From Chrysomallon squamiferum (Eukaryota; Animalia; Mollusca), in the NCBI GenBank assembly GCA_012295275.1, contig CM022678.1, positions 10,416,001 to 10,480,000 of the forward strand: a DNA stretch of 64,000 bases, read 5' to 3'. The first letter of the stretch is position 1. The number at the start of each line of letters is the position of its first letter. The notes beneath the pieces are model-generated. The model had not been told where the DNA came from, did not search any database, and saw nothing but the letters and a program-made list of their open reading frames with translations. Positions 15,201 through 41,256 of this stretch are shown here, one piece after another. The position numbers were made by a program, and so were the translations under genes.

Positions 15201-18200
15201 ATCCTAATAATAGATCAGAACAAAAAACACAAAGGTCTCCTATAATCCTTTAAATCCTTTAAAATATATTACTGTAATTTTTTTTTTTTATTTTTATAAA
15301 ATATTAATAAATATTTATAATTAATACATTTTCAGAAGAAACAGAAAATTGCAAAGAAATCACAGGAGACACCAGCAAACTCTGACAAAACAAGTAAAGC
15401 AGCAGCTACGCCATCATCGTTAAAACAAGCAGTAACCAACAAAAGTAATAAATTATTTTCTTTTTCTGTTTTGTAGTCAACAGTAGTAGCAATAGTAGTA
15501 GTATTACAGTTTGTGCATGTGTGTGTGTGTGTGTGTGTGTGCGTGTGTGTGTGTGTTCATGAGCGAGTTGGTGTGACCTCCTTTATGTATTTTCTTCTTT
15601 GTTAATTCAGTCATTAAAATTCTGTTGCGACAGCTATAATTTGTAGTAGTACTACTGCTAGAACTAGTACAACTATTGCTGCTGCTGCTGCTACTACTAC
15701 TACAGTTGTATTAATTACCACTACCACTACTACTGTTGCTGCTGCTGCTACTACTACTACAGTTGTTTTAATTACCACTACCACTACTACTGTTACTGCT
15801 GCTGCTGCTACTACTACTAGTTGTTTTAATTACCACTACCACTACTACTGTTGCTGCTGCTGCTGCTGCTACTACTAGTTGTTTTAATTACCACTACCAC
15901 TACTACTGTTACTGCTGCTGCTACTACTACTACAGTTGTATTAATTACCACTACCACTACTACTGTTACTGCTGCTACTACTACAGTTGTTTTAATTACC
16001 ACTACCACTACTACTGTTGCTGCTGCTGCTGCTGCTACTACTACAGCTGTATTAATTACTACTACCACTACTACTGTTGCTGCTGCTGCTGCTGCTACTA
16101 CTACAGCTGTATTAATTACTACTACCACTACTATTGTTACTGCTGCTGCTACTACTACAGTTGTATTAATTACCACTACCACTACTACTGTTACTGCTGC
16201 TACTACTACAGTTGTATTAATTACCACTACCACTACTACTGTTGCTGCTGCTGCTGCTACTACTACTACAGTTGTATTAATTACCACTACCACTACTACT
16301 GTTGCTGCTGCTGCTGCTGCTACTACTACAGTTGTTTTAATTATCACTACCACTACTACTGTTACTGCTGCTGCTGCTGCTACTACTACAGTTGTATTAA
16401 TTAACACTATCACTACTACTGTTACTGCTGCTACTACTACAGTTGTATTAAGTACTATTATCACTACTACTGTTGCTGCTTTTCTTGATAGGCGAGGTTC
16501 GAACAAAGAAAAGAGCTGTTTCTCTTCCAACCTCGACTGCTCCTGAGACTCGGAAGACTCCTGCTTCAGTTCCCCCAGTGGCTCCCTCTAGTGCAGGAAC
16601 ATCAAAACACCATAGCGAAGGTAATTTCATTTCTTTAATCTGTCGTTCAAATTTAAATGTTTGTGATTAAATTTGGAATATACGAATCTTACCTTATAAA
16701 GTGTTACGTAATGGACAATATATTTAAAACCATATTTTGTTAATTTTTTCATTATGCTGATTAAAAATTATTTTTGTCTTGTGCGGGGAAGAGAGTGGCT
16801 TACATTTTTGACATAGATGTAGTTATATTTTGTTTTTTCTATTGTGTGTGTGTGTGTGTTTTTTAATATTTTATATTTTATTTTGAATATATTACTTTTT
16901 TTTTTTTTTTAATATTTTACATTTTATTTTTATTATATTATTTTAAACACTTTTGTTATTTTTTTAATATTTATATTTTATTTTTAATACATTTTCACAT
17001 TTCCAGCACCACCTTTAGTCCCAACCATTGTTGCTCCCAAAGCCTTCAAGATAGAGGAGGATCACAATTTGTTCAAATGCACACACGAGGGTTGCACAAA
17101 AAGCTTCAGAAAGGAAAATCTGTTGGAGTCCCATGTCAAGTATTATCACATTGATGAAAGCAAAATTCTTCAGACTCCAGTTCCACGAGCCAAACGCAAG
17201 AAGACAATAAGTAGCTGTGAGTCATCACTGCTGTTTTTAAATTAAGTGATTGTTTGATGTCAGTTTTAATTTTTCTCTTTATACCGTTTGATTCAGATTT
17301 ATTTTATTTGTTGTTTAATCTGTGTTTTGATCTATATAATCTTCTTTTCAATCATTATATGTTATATGTTCTTTTCTGTTTCCCTTTCTTTCTTCTCTTC
17401 ATTTCTGTTTTTAATTAGCATAAGAACACAGAAATACCACTCACACTGATATACAGAGACATCCTTATTCACATAACATACAAATAAATGCACTCACACA
17501 TGTGCACCTATACATGTTAGAGATAATTGCATTATAATTATTTTTTTTTATTTAGCTCATTATAACTGCTGTGATTATTTACGATACCTGACTCTTTTAA
17601 TTTTAAAAATAACAATCACTGAGCAGAGTTGATTACTTAACAACATATTTAAGGTTCGACTGATTCTGATCATTCTATGACATCAGGGGGTAAAGGAACG
17701 TCGACACCCAATGAACCCTCACCAGCCGTCTCGCCAGCAAAAAGAAGACACACAGTGTCGATGTTTTTCCATTTTCTTCTCAAAGTCCTGTCAACTTTGC
17801 TTCACCCAAAGAAACACAAACCCCACACGGTAAACATATTTTTTTTTTATATCATTCATTATTACTGTTTCATTTATTTAAACCATTCTGTTCTTTGCTC
17901 GAATAAGGGTGTATTTTGAATATTTTTGATAATATTTGTCTCGGAATTTGATGATTAACATTTATATTGGAATTGTTTTATTGTAGTTGTTTTTTTTAAT
18001 CTTTTTTTTTTTTAGTTTTTTTTTATCTCACAGTGTTTGGGGGTTTTATTCATAAATATTTATATTAATTAAATGTTCTTACTGTCATTCTTTTTTTTTT
18101 TTTAAAAAACAACAAAAAACAACAACAGAAATGTCTCCACCCACCATTTCAACAATCAAAGAGGAACTGCGAGAAACGTCAACTACCACCACGGTCCCAG

Positions 18201-19045
18201 GCAGCGTGACGCAAGAAAGGAAATCGAGGTCGAGCGGCGATGTTCCCGCCATCGTTGCCAGAGATCAGAAGGTGAGCATCGTGAAGGAGGAGCACGTGAA
18301 ACACAACCGCAGCAGCATCGACTCCAGCGTCACGGAGGGTTCGGTTGTGGAGACCGAGGACGAGGAGGACGGGAATGAGATTGTCAACTGTGTGTGCGGC
18401 TTTTACGAAACAGACGGTCTGATGATACAGGTGAGAGATCGTAAAAAATCAATACTCAGCTGTTTATCTAGATATATAGAGAGATACTGGTTACATACAG
18501 ATAGAGAGAGCTGTATGTATATTTGTGTATCTGTATGTAAGAATATATGTATTTTTGTATGTATGTATATATGTACAAATACACACACACACAGAGATTA
18601 TTAAAAGTTTGTAGTTCATTTTTATTCAGCAGCTTATTTATTCAGTTAATATACATTTATTCAGAAGTAATTTGAAGGTTTTTTGATAATAAGTTCTTTC
18701 ATTTCATGGATTCTTTCAGAATTTATAATATAAAATACTAATTACCAGTTACATAACATAAACGACTACTATTAAAAATATATGTGAAATTTACCACTCA
18801 CAGAATAGCATATATGTGGCCTTCAAAATGTTAACCGATTATTATTATTATTATTATTGTTATTATTATTATTTTTATTATTATTATTATTATTATTATT
18901 ACTGTTTTTGTTATTGTTATTATTTTTATGATTATTATTATTATTGTTATTATTATCTTATTACTGTTACTGTTATTATTTTTATTTTAATTATTATTAT
19001 TATTATTATTGTTACTGTTATTATTATTGTTTTTATCGTTATTGC

Positions 19046-19085
<40 letters not shown>

Positions 19086-20059
19086 TCTATAATAATTGTT
19101 ATTTTGCAGTGTGACGTGTGTCTGTGCTGGCAGCATGCTCTGTGTTTGAATCTGGACAAAGACTCAGTCCCCACAAACTACATCTGTTTTATGTGTGAAA
19201 GTCCTCCAGGTAACACTTCTAACATCAATACAGTTTTTATTTTATTTTTATTTCCCTTTAGCAAAGATTGGAGTTCATTAATCATAAATACTTCATTATT
19301 AGCAAAGTTTTGTTTCAGGTGTCAAATAAAAGAATCCTCAAAAAGTAGTAATATGGAATGGAATAAAATGTTTTTAACCAACATAGATCTGATTAATGTC
19401 ATATTAAAGAAAATCTGAGATTGTGCTTTTTTACAGCAAAACATTTGGATTGTGTACAGGCATAATATAATATACTGTTACAGTTAAAAGTATCACCATA
19501 AGTTTTCAAGATTAAATTAATATTTTACTTTGTGAAACAAAAAGTTTCTACATATTTGAAACAATCAGGAATACTTTTCAAAATTAAAAAAACTTATTAT
19601 GCAGAGAATTTATTATTACAATACATTACACAGTAACAGTTACAGCTATCAGCATATGTTTTACAAAAAAAAAGCTTATTCAAGAGAGTAAAGAAATCTT
19701 TTCAGTGTTCAAGGAAGGTCCTAAGTTTATATAATTTTAGAAATGCTTGTTGGGTTTAAAATTCTTATTTCAGTATATACAATTTTATTCAAGAGATAGT
19801 AAAAAAAAAAAAATCTTCTTTCAGGGTACAGGGAGGGTTCTAAGTGTATGTACAATCAGGAATGGTTGAAAAGTGGCAACCTGCCTTCGTTCAGTTTTCT
19901 GAATCTGCCACAGACTGAGAAATCACAGGAGTCAATGCAGGCCACCCACAGTCTGATAGCAGACCTTCATAACATCAGTGCAGTTCTACAGGGTCTGCAT
20001 GAACAGATAAAAGCTTCAGAGTAAGATAACTATTACTTACATCAGTTTGACTGTGAATT

Positions 20060-20117
<58 letters not shown>

Positions 20118-23100
20118 GTATCAATCATGTTTAATCATTTTTTTTTTTTTTTTTTCTCATCATTATTCTGTGATTTGCAAATTCTGAAATACAATTACAG
20201 ATATATATCAAGTTTACAGTTTGAATTTGTAGTTGGTGTTGTTCCTTATAGATCTGTATGTTGTTAATTGATATTAGTAGCCTTTGAAAACAGCAGTGTT
20301 CTTGTATTAAAGATACCTATACAGGACCTATGAACATTAAAAATATGTTCGAAAAAAAGTTTGGTTCAATGATTTTAATGATATTGTCTCAGTATAAATT
20401 ATTTTTGTTTTCTTTTTTGTTCATTTAGAAATATCCTGTTAGTAAGTTATAGTTATAGAGCATTAAAAAATAAATTTATTAATTATCATTATCAAAAGGA
20501 GAATACAAAAAATACCTTAGCTTCATTATGGTGATTCCTATTGCACATATATTCTCATATATTTCAGATACACTTTTATTGATACTTATTATAAATACCG
20601 TTAAGGAACTATGACGATTATAATTGCACATATATTTACATGAAATATGTTGCATTCTTAATCTATTCTTTTTAATATTATACAATATTTACTTTTATTT
20701 TATTTTTATTTTTATTTTTTTATTTTTTTATTTCCTCAAATGCCTTTGCTCCTGTTGCAGAGATTCAGAAAACCCCGAGTGTAGTCTTTGGTACAAGAAC
20801 TGGGACGACGTCATTGGAGACATGTCAGCTGACACAACTGAAGAATTTCACAGCATCTCCGTGGAGGAGAGTCCCATTTCCATGGCACCCACAGACCCAC
20901 AGGAGCCATCAAGCAGCAAAGTGACCCCTGTCCGCTTTTCTCTGGATGTCGAACAATCGTCAGACCTCTCCGTGGATCAACCAAAATTTCAGTTGCCGTT
21001 GGCTACCGAGTCTTTAACTCAGGCTCTAGACAACGTCGACACTGGCAGCGAGGCATCCACAATGACAGCGTCAGAATCGTCTACAAGTTTTCTCAATTCT
21101 TGCCCATCAAATCCGAACATCCAGCCTGAGAGTGCGCCTGAAACTCAGAAAGCAGAATCGCCGGAGAAAGACGAGTCGAACAAAGAGACAAAAGTGGATG
21201 TCGAGGTATTATTAACTTGTCTTGTATAGTTTTTTTAATTTCAGTCTGTCTTTCTTTCATGTCCATTCAGCTAATTTCTACTTGAATTTATCACTGATCA
21301 GGGTCTCAGAGATTATTACTAACTTTCAGTCCTGTGGGAAACACGCAAATAAAAGAACAGTTAGTGATAAGATTTGTGAAAGCCCTTCATTCAAGTTTGC
21401 TCTCAGCGGGAATGATAATGTTAAAGATTGCTTAGCATGTTATTAAATATTGATGTAAAAAAGTACTTCTGGTCAAAAATGATTATGAACATACTTTTTT
21501 ACCATCATCGGAACTGAATATGCAAAATTGTCATTCTTTGCTACTTTACCTAATCATGTTGGCAAGGTAAAAGTAAATAGAAATCAAAAATAATGGAAGG
21601 GTTATAGTTTATTTATTACAAGCATTAAATATGTTGGTGGGAAAGTTAAATACTGTGGTGCTTTACTGAAACTAAACATATTTTATCAAAACATTAAAAG
21701 GTCATAAATTGAGTCTTTTTGTCTTTTTGTCTTTTAGAAATGCATTTAACATACCATATGTCAACAGCAAAGATGTGCTGTATAAAAGATCCAATGTTTA
21801 TAATGTTTATCAAAAGTCTACATTAGACTTTTAGTTATACTTTAGTTATCCTTTAGATGTGCTGTATAAAAGATCCAATGTTTATAATGTTTATCAAAAG
21901 TCTACATTAGACTTTTAGTTATACTTCAGTTATACTTTATATGTGATTATGAACACTGAACTTAATTAAAACCTTTCTTAATGCAGGTTTCCACACTTTC
22001 AACTTTCATCATTACCAAACAAAACTGATATAATTTATAATTTCTTTTTTCATTAAATGCATACAGCCACTGTATAATTGAGCCTTGGATATTGAACTCA
22101 TCTGAAAAACACCATCTAAATTTCTTATCGTCTTTGCACACTTTGAAAATTTTATGAAGTCAGTTTTATGACCAAATGAAGTGTCTATTTACAATATAAC
22201 AAAGGAAAAAAGATTAGTGAAATTTAATATAATAATAATAATATTAATTTGATGCTACGTAATAATAGTTACATTCTACTTTCTAAACTTACAGATGTTG
22301 TTATATTTTCTTAACTTACTGACTAGGGAGAGTTATAATTTATTTGTCTAAAATCACAAATTAGTCAGATATTGGTCTACTTTATCAAATATCAGATTTG
22401 ATTTTAACTCAAGTATCAGATGCATTGATAAGAATGTTAATTTGTAGAGCCTGACAAGAACAAGAAGAGATGTGGACAAGGAGAGCGTGTTCAAATCCTG
22501 TCAGAGGAATCTTTTATTTCACATCATCAGAACTCAGAATGAGATAAACCAAAGACTTGATCTCATAGAGGAACAAGTTTCAGGTATCAGTCTATTTTGT
22601 GTCAGATATCAGTCTATTTTTCTAAAATTAATCATATGTCAATTTAGTTTTTAAGTAACATAGTATCAGGTACCACTCTATTTCGTCTGTTAATGTACTT
22701 TATAAATTTACCACTGGAAATAGGTGGCAGTTTAATTTAATAACTAATGTCAGATACCAGTCTATTTGTAAAGTGACTAATGTCAGTCTACTTTATAAAC
22801 TTATTAGCTAGTTTCAGATGTCTGTTTTGTTAACTAGTGTCAGAAGACAGTTTATTTGTGAGGTTACATTGCATTTTTTAAACTTACAGATATCAGTTTA
22901 GTTTCTTAACTTGCTGACTAGTGAGTTATCATATATTTGTCTAAAATGACAATTTACTTGGATATTGGTCTACTTTATGAAATAACCGGGAGTCATTTAA
23001 CTCAAATATAAGATATTTTTAACTGACTACAGTCAGATGTTAGTCTGTTTTGTGAACTTGCTAACTAGAGTCAGATACCAGTCTATTTTGTGAAACTTTT

Positions 23101-23672
23101 CAGTGTCAGATACCAGTCTATTTTGTGAACTGACCAGTCAGATACAAGTCTGTTTTCTGATAATAGTCAGTTTTGTGAACTAATATCAGATAATAATCTA
23201 CCTTCTCAGATTATTTTGTAACTTCACTAACTGTTATACATATCAGGCAAGTTTAATGTCAGAATAGTCGTCAGTACATATAACCAGTCTGTTTTTCATA
23301 CAAGATATTTTAGTAACAACAACTGTTAGCTTGAAATGTTATTCCCAATCTTTGTTTTACTCAGAGTTAACATACATCAGTTTATTTTCTAAACTCACAG
23401 TTAAATTTAAGATTAACTGTAAGTAAAACTTTATTTTAATTATGTTACTTAGTGAAATTTCTAAATTCTTAATGTTCAGCAAATTTCTTAATTACTTTTT
23501 ATTCTTTTTATTTTATTTTATTTTATTTTATTTTTTTTAAGTTTTGGAAAAGACTGACACTCCAGATTTGGAAATCAGAGATCCCATTCTTGACATCCCT
23601 GTGCTGAAACGATCTCTGCATTCTCTAATGAGAGATCTCTACAAAGTGAAACGAATGGCAGCCTATCACTGA
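7915..23672 (+). CDS. PHF20: PHD finger protein 20 / PHF20L1-like (MBD-R2 family) chromatin reader, 19 predicted coding exons
   Basis: Exons 7915-7926, 9088-9216, 9665-9837, 10345-10513, 11306-11387, 11853-11965, 12752-12791, 13750-13812, 14526-14722, 15336-15444, 16492-16620, 17007-17216, 17654-17829 (2 nt off phase), 18129-18430, 19110-19209, 19825-20020, 20761-21205, 22448-22583, 23542-23672. Domains: Tudor1 ([16 protein letters not shown]...[12 protein letters not shown]), Tudor2 ([15 protein letters not shown]...VMFYDG), C2H2 ([24 protein letters not shown]), PHD (VNCVCG...[15 protein letters not shown]...YICFMC), C-terminal coiled coil. Confidence 0.9.
9088..9216 (+). CDS. PHF20: PHF20-like exon 2
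   Basis: ttccag|[10 protein letters not shown]...EMTQ|gtaag. Confidence 0.75.
9665..9837 (+). CDS. PHF20: PHF20-like exon 3 (Tudor 1 start)
   Basis: ...[23 protein letters not shown]. Confidence 0.85.
9936..10132 (+). mobile_element. Internally deleted mariner-like element (about 200 bp) in a PHF20-like intron
   Basis: 15-bp perfect inverted repeat TGGGTTGAGGAATAA (9938-9952) / TTATTCCTCAACCCA (10117-10131); TA at both flanks; 9988-10059 encodes [23 protein letters not shown], resembling mariner transposase C-termini. Confidence 0.75.
10345..10513 (+). CDS. PHF20: PHF20-like exon 4 (Tudor 1)
   Basis: [39 protein letters not shown]; donor inferred from phase. Confidence 0.88.
11306..11387 (+). 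CDS. PHF20: PHF20-like exon 5 (Tudor 2)
   Basis: [27 protein letters not shown]. Confidence 0.88.
11853..11965 (+). CDS. PHF20: PHF20-like exon 6 (Tudor 2 end)
   Basis: [24 protein letters not shown]. Confidence 0.88.
12752..12791 (+). CDS. PHF20: PHF20-like small exon 7
   Basis: cag|[13 protein letters not shown]|gtaagt; bridges phase 0 to phase 1. Confidence 0.65.
13750..13812 (+). CDS. PHF20: PHF20-like small exon 8
   Basis: cag|[20 protein letters not shown]|gtaagt. Confidence 0.7.
14526..14722 (+). CDS. PHF20: PHF20-like exon 9 (basic, NLS-like)
   Basis: [18 protein letters not shown]...PQLIPK|gtaatt. Confidence 0.75.
15336..15444 (+). CDS. PHF20: PHF20-like exon 10
   Basis: ttcag|[18 protein letters not shown]...; open in phase 0. 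Confidence 0.7.
15645..16480. repeat. Triplet-built minisatellite (about 54-63 bp units) in a PHF20-like intron
   Basis: Repeated acagttgtattaattaccactaccactactactgtt(gct)n(act)n, about 13 copies, ending at the acceptor at 16491. Confidence 0.9.
16492..16620 (+). CDS. PHF20: PHF20-like exon 11
   Basis: [18 protein letters not shown]...SKHHSE|gtaatt. Confidence 0.75.
17007..17216 (+). CDS. PHF20: PHF20-like exon 12 (C2H2 zinc finger)
   Basis: [31 protein letters not shown]. Confidence 0.88.
17654..17829 (+). CDS. PHF20: PHF20-like exon 13 (apparent 2-nt frameshift, or a shorter donor at 17689)
   Basis: [32 protein letters not shown]; length 176 does not fit phase 1 to phase 1. Confidence 0.6.
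18129..18430 (+). CDS. PHF20: PHF20-like exon 14 (PHD start)
   Basis: ...[25 protein letters not shown]|gtgaga. Confidence 0.85.
19110..19209 (+). CDS. PHF20: PHF20-like exon 15 (PHD finger)
   Basis: [33 protein letters not shown]. Confidence 0.9.
19825..20020 (+). CDS. PHF20: PHF20-like exon 16
   Basis: [25 protein letters not shown]...[19 protein letters not shown]. Confidence 0.85.
20761..21205 (+). CDS. PHF20: PHF20-like exon 17
   Basis: [16 protein letters not shown]...KVDVE|gtatt. Confidence 0.8.
21771..21937. repeat. Near-perfect tandem duplication (about 85 bp, 2 copies)
   Basis: agatgtgctgtataaaagatccaatgtttataatgtttatcaaaagtctacattagacttttagttatact occurs twice. Confidence 0.85.
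22280..23400. repeat. Degenerate gtcagataccagtctattttgtgaac repeat family surrounding PHF20-like exon 18
   Basis: Many short variants; the block at ~22283-22420 recurs at ~22879-23015. Confidence 0.7.
22448..22583 (+). CDS. PHF20: PHF20-like exon 18
   Basis: [28 protein letters not shown] (conserved C-terminal helix). Confidence 0.85.
23542..23672 (+). CDS. PHF20: PHF20-like last coding exon
   Basis: LEKTD...[22 protein letters not shown]. Confidence 0.85.
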
Positions 23673-26104
23673 ACCTAGTCTTCTTTTTGTTAGAGAAAAA
23701 CAAACTGTGTTCATCAAAGAATCAGCTGCAGGTTCAAACAGTCATTCTTGTTAGCAGAAGTGAAAATGAAGAGAAACGTTGAGTCCCGGGCTTTTCCATA
23801 AAAACTAAGAAAGTTGTTGCTAAGGAACCACTAATGATGGATAAAGTCTTACTTCATTACCAGTGAACTTTGGAAAAAGTTAAACCAAGAAAAAATTGGT
23901 AAAATGTTGCTACTGAGGAAAGAGTAAGGGTATGAATGGATACAGACCTACTTCATTACCAGAACTGATCATGAAATTTGGAAAAATTAAATGCTTTAGT
24001 CCTTAAACTGAAAAACAATTAGTAAAAAGTTGTTACTGAGGAATGAGTAAGGCTATGGATGGATTATAGACAAAGTTTATTATCATAAATGAGCATGTTA
24101 TTTGGAAAAGTTACATACAAAGCTTTATGATTATCCCTGAAAACCAAATTCCACTGATGTAAAGTTTCTGTTTCTAGGAAAATAAGCCTTATGGAGGGAG
24201 AAGTTAAATACCAATCTTTATCCCTGAAAACTAAATGATGCTGATGTAAAAAATGTGTTTTTGATGAAAAATAAGGCTACACATTGATATGGACATGCAT
24301 GCAAAAATGGACATAAACATGTTGAAAGGTAAAAATAAATATTTCAAAAAATAATGGAAGGGTTGTCATTCCTCATTGAATATGTAGGAGGGAAAGTTGA
24401 ATATTATGGTGCAACTGAATCTAAACATATTTGTTGTAAAATTGAAATATTTAAAGGAATAAGTTACAGGAGGAAATAGTTATAATTTATTATCACTGAC
24501 AAAACTGAACATACATGCCTAGAAAAGTTACAACTGAAATATAATGTGTGAAGCAGAATTAACTGAAATGGGAATGGAACGGCAGGTTTCATACCTTACT
24601 TGTTCAAAACTATAACCTGGTGGAACAAATAAAGATGCAGGAGAGGAAATACTGTACATTGTCAAAGAAAGCCAAGATGGAGGGTTAGTTACAGAAGGTT
24701 AGACTGTTTTGTTATTCTTCACCAACTGTAATTGATGCTGTATAATAGTTAAGGAGAGGATGAAACATTCTTACTATTGTAAGTAAACTTGTGATGCAGA
24801 AATCCAGTTATTCATTTAAAAAATGAATGAGGGTTACTACTGAAATGATTTGTACCTTATTGATGAATAAATGTTTTTGTACCTGGATTATTATTATTAT
24901 TACTGTTATATCTTTAATAATGTGGTAAAATGTTATGATTTGTGGATTATGAATTCAAGTGAACAAATCATTATGTTAAAAAGACTCTTATAATTTTCTA
25001 CATTTTTTTTTTTGAAAGAACAAATGAGAAAAAGTCTAATGGTCCATTTTGATTTGGTGGGAGGGTATCTCTTTTTTTGTAGGAAATATATGAAAATATA
25101 TTTTAACCTTAATGTCGAAGAGAAATAATGTTCATCAGTCTGATCAGGTTGTTATATCAGTAATAAATTATCAGGTGTGTGAAAATTAATGAAGTATTTT
25201 GAATAGATTATGTAATTTAAACATTTAAAAAAGGCATATATATATATATGCCTTAATCTTTTGTTCATATTGTATTATTATTATTATAATAAAAAAAGGT
25301 GCCAAATTGGGCAAGTCAATTTCTATGAAATTCTTAGAACAGAGAAATTTTTTTTTTAAAAAATGGGAAAACATTGTACAAGTCCTTTAATAATACTGCC
25401 AACAGAATGTACAAGTAAATTTATATGACTAAGAATTCTTTGAATAGACATTTAATTTTAAAAAAAAAAAAGAAATATGTCTCAATCATTTGTTTCTGTT
25501 GAATATTACTGTACAAACAAGAAAAGTTGAAGTACATTTGTGTGAAAAGAATTTTAGAAATAAAATAAGTATGCACATGTCAGTCATTTGTTGAAACTCA
25601 TTACTATACAAAAAAAAGGCAACAACAATCTATTTTCAAAGTTTATTTCTTTTTCTTTTTTTTTTTTTGGCCGTTCCAAAAATATAATGTACAAAATGGC
25701 AAAAGGAGAAATGCGTAGTTTGTTAATACAATGAGATTTTATAAAAAAGGAAAGTTTATCGAAACAATACTTCTATGGAACGCAGTTCCAATTTTTTTAA
25801 ATCATTGATTTGTTCTTATTAAAATGAAAGTCGACATACTACATCAAATGTTTTTGTTACCCGATAGACGAAAATTAAATAACAGAACACAGTATGTACA
25901 GGACAATATTCTGCAATTGTATTTGCATTGAAAGTAACTGTAGTGAGATTAAGAGTCTGAGGTGAACCCAGACAAGTTAACAAAACATCTCACTAATATT
26001 AAAGGTAATGGTTTTTTTGACATTTGTAAAAGTGAATTTGAACCACATGGATTGGGGGAGAAGAAGAAAAAGCATCCTACAAAGCATAAAGTTAAGCTGA
26101 ATAT

Positions 26105-26370
26105 TTGACCAACCCAAACCCTAAAGTTAGTTTATTTAAATACATTGTCTTTTAGACTTCCCCAGCCCCAAAACTTAGTATTTAAATAAACAATTTTAAA
26201 TCACCCCAGCCACAAACTTTATATTTAAATTCAAGTTTTAGACTACCCAAACCCAAAAATTAGTATTTAAATAAACTGAATTTTAGACCACCCAAACTTA
26301 GTAGTTAAATATAATGAATTTTAAGACTGATCCAAACCTCAAACTTAGTATTTAAAAGAAACTAGTTAAT
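26105..26370. repeat. Degenerate tandem repeat (about 45 bp) between the convergent PHF20-like and IDH2 3' ends
   Basis: Recurrent tttagacc/cacccaaaccc..aaacttagtatttaaata. Confidence 0.7.
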
Positions 26371-26815
26371 CTTCACAGCATTTTAACTAATTAGTTCACT
26401 CCATTTTTAAATACAAATCAGGCCTTAGTCGAAAATAAGAAGAAATATTTTTACACCAAACACCACTATAAATTCCTCTGTCAAATACCTTTAACATACC
26501 CACACTTTTTCAACATAATATTACAGTTATAAGCATGAATACAAACATTTTATTGTTATTATTTTTACTTTGTTAGTTTTATTTCAAAGTTTGTTTTTAA
26601 TCAATTGAAAAGTTGTTTTCGATACTTTTTTCATGCAGGAATGTGGAATTTCTTGACTAAGCAAAACCACACAGACCCTAAATTAATTTGTGCACAAAAA
26701 TCCCTATCAATATGAAAAAAAAAATAATAATAATTAAAAACAGTTTCTGTTTCTAAGTTTGTGGAATCTAGAACACATTTGTAAACAGTCTGGCTGTACT
26801 GATTTGAAAATAGAT

Positions 26816-41256
<14,441 letters not shown>

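Noticed and set aside
15826-16546. Long ORFs on both strands (231 aa Thr/Ala-rich mucin-like; 234 aa Val/Ala-rich)
   Set aside because: Produced by a triplet-based minisatellite inside a PHF20-like intron; the true exon starts at 16492 in a different frame.
9745-16610. Identical 19-mer tgcaggaacatcaaaacac (AGTSKH) in PHF20-like exons 3 and 11
   Set aside because: Too short, with no extended similarity, to infer internal duplication.
18816-19174. Poly-Tyr/Ile/Leu 'membrane protein' ORFs here and at 4106, 4886, 11804, 32146, 34768, 52698
   Set aside because: Translations of (TAT)n/(AAT)n microsatellites; only the embedded true exons are coding.
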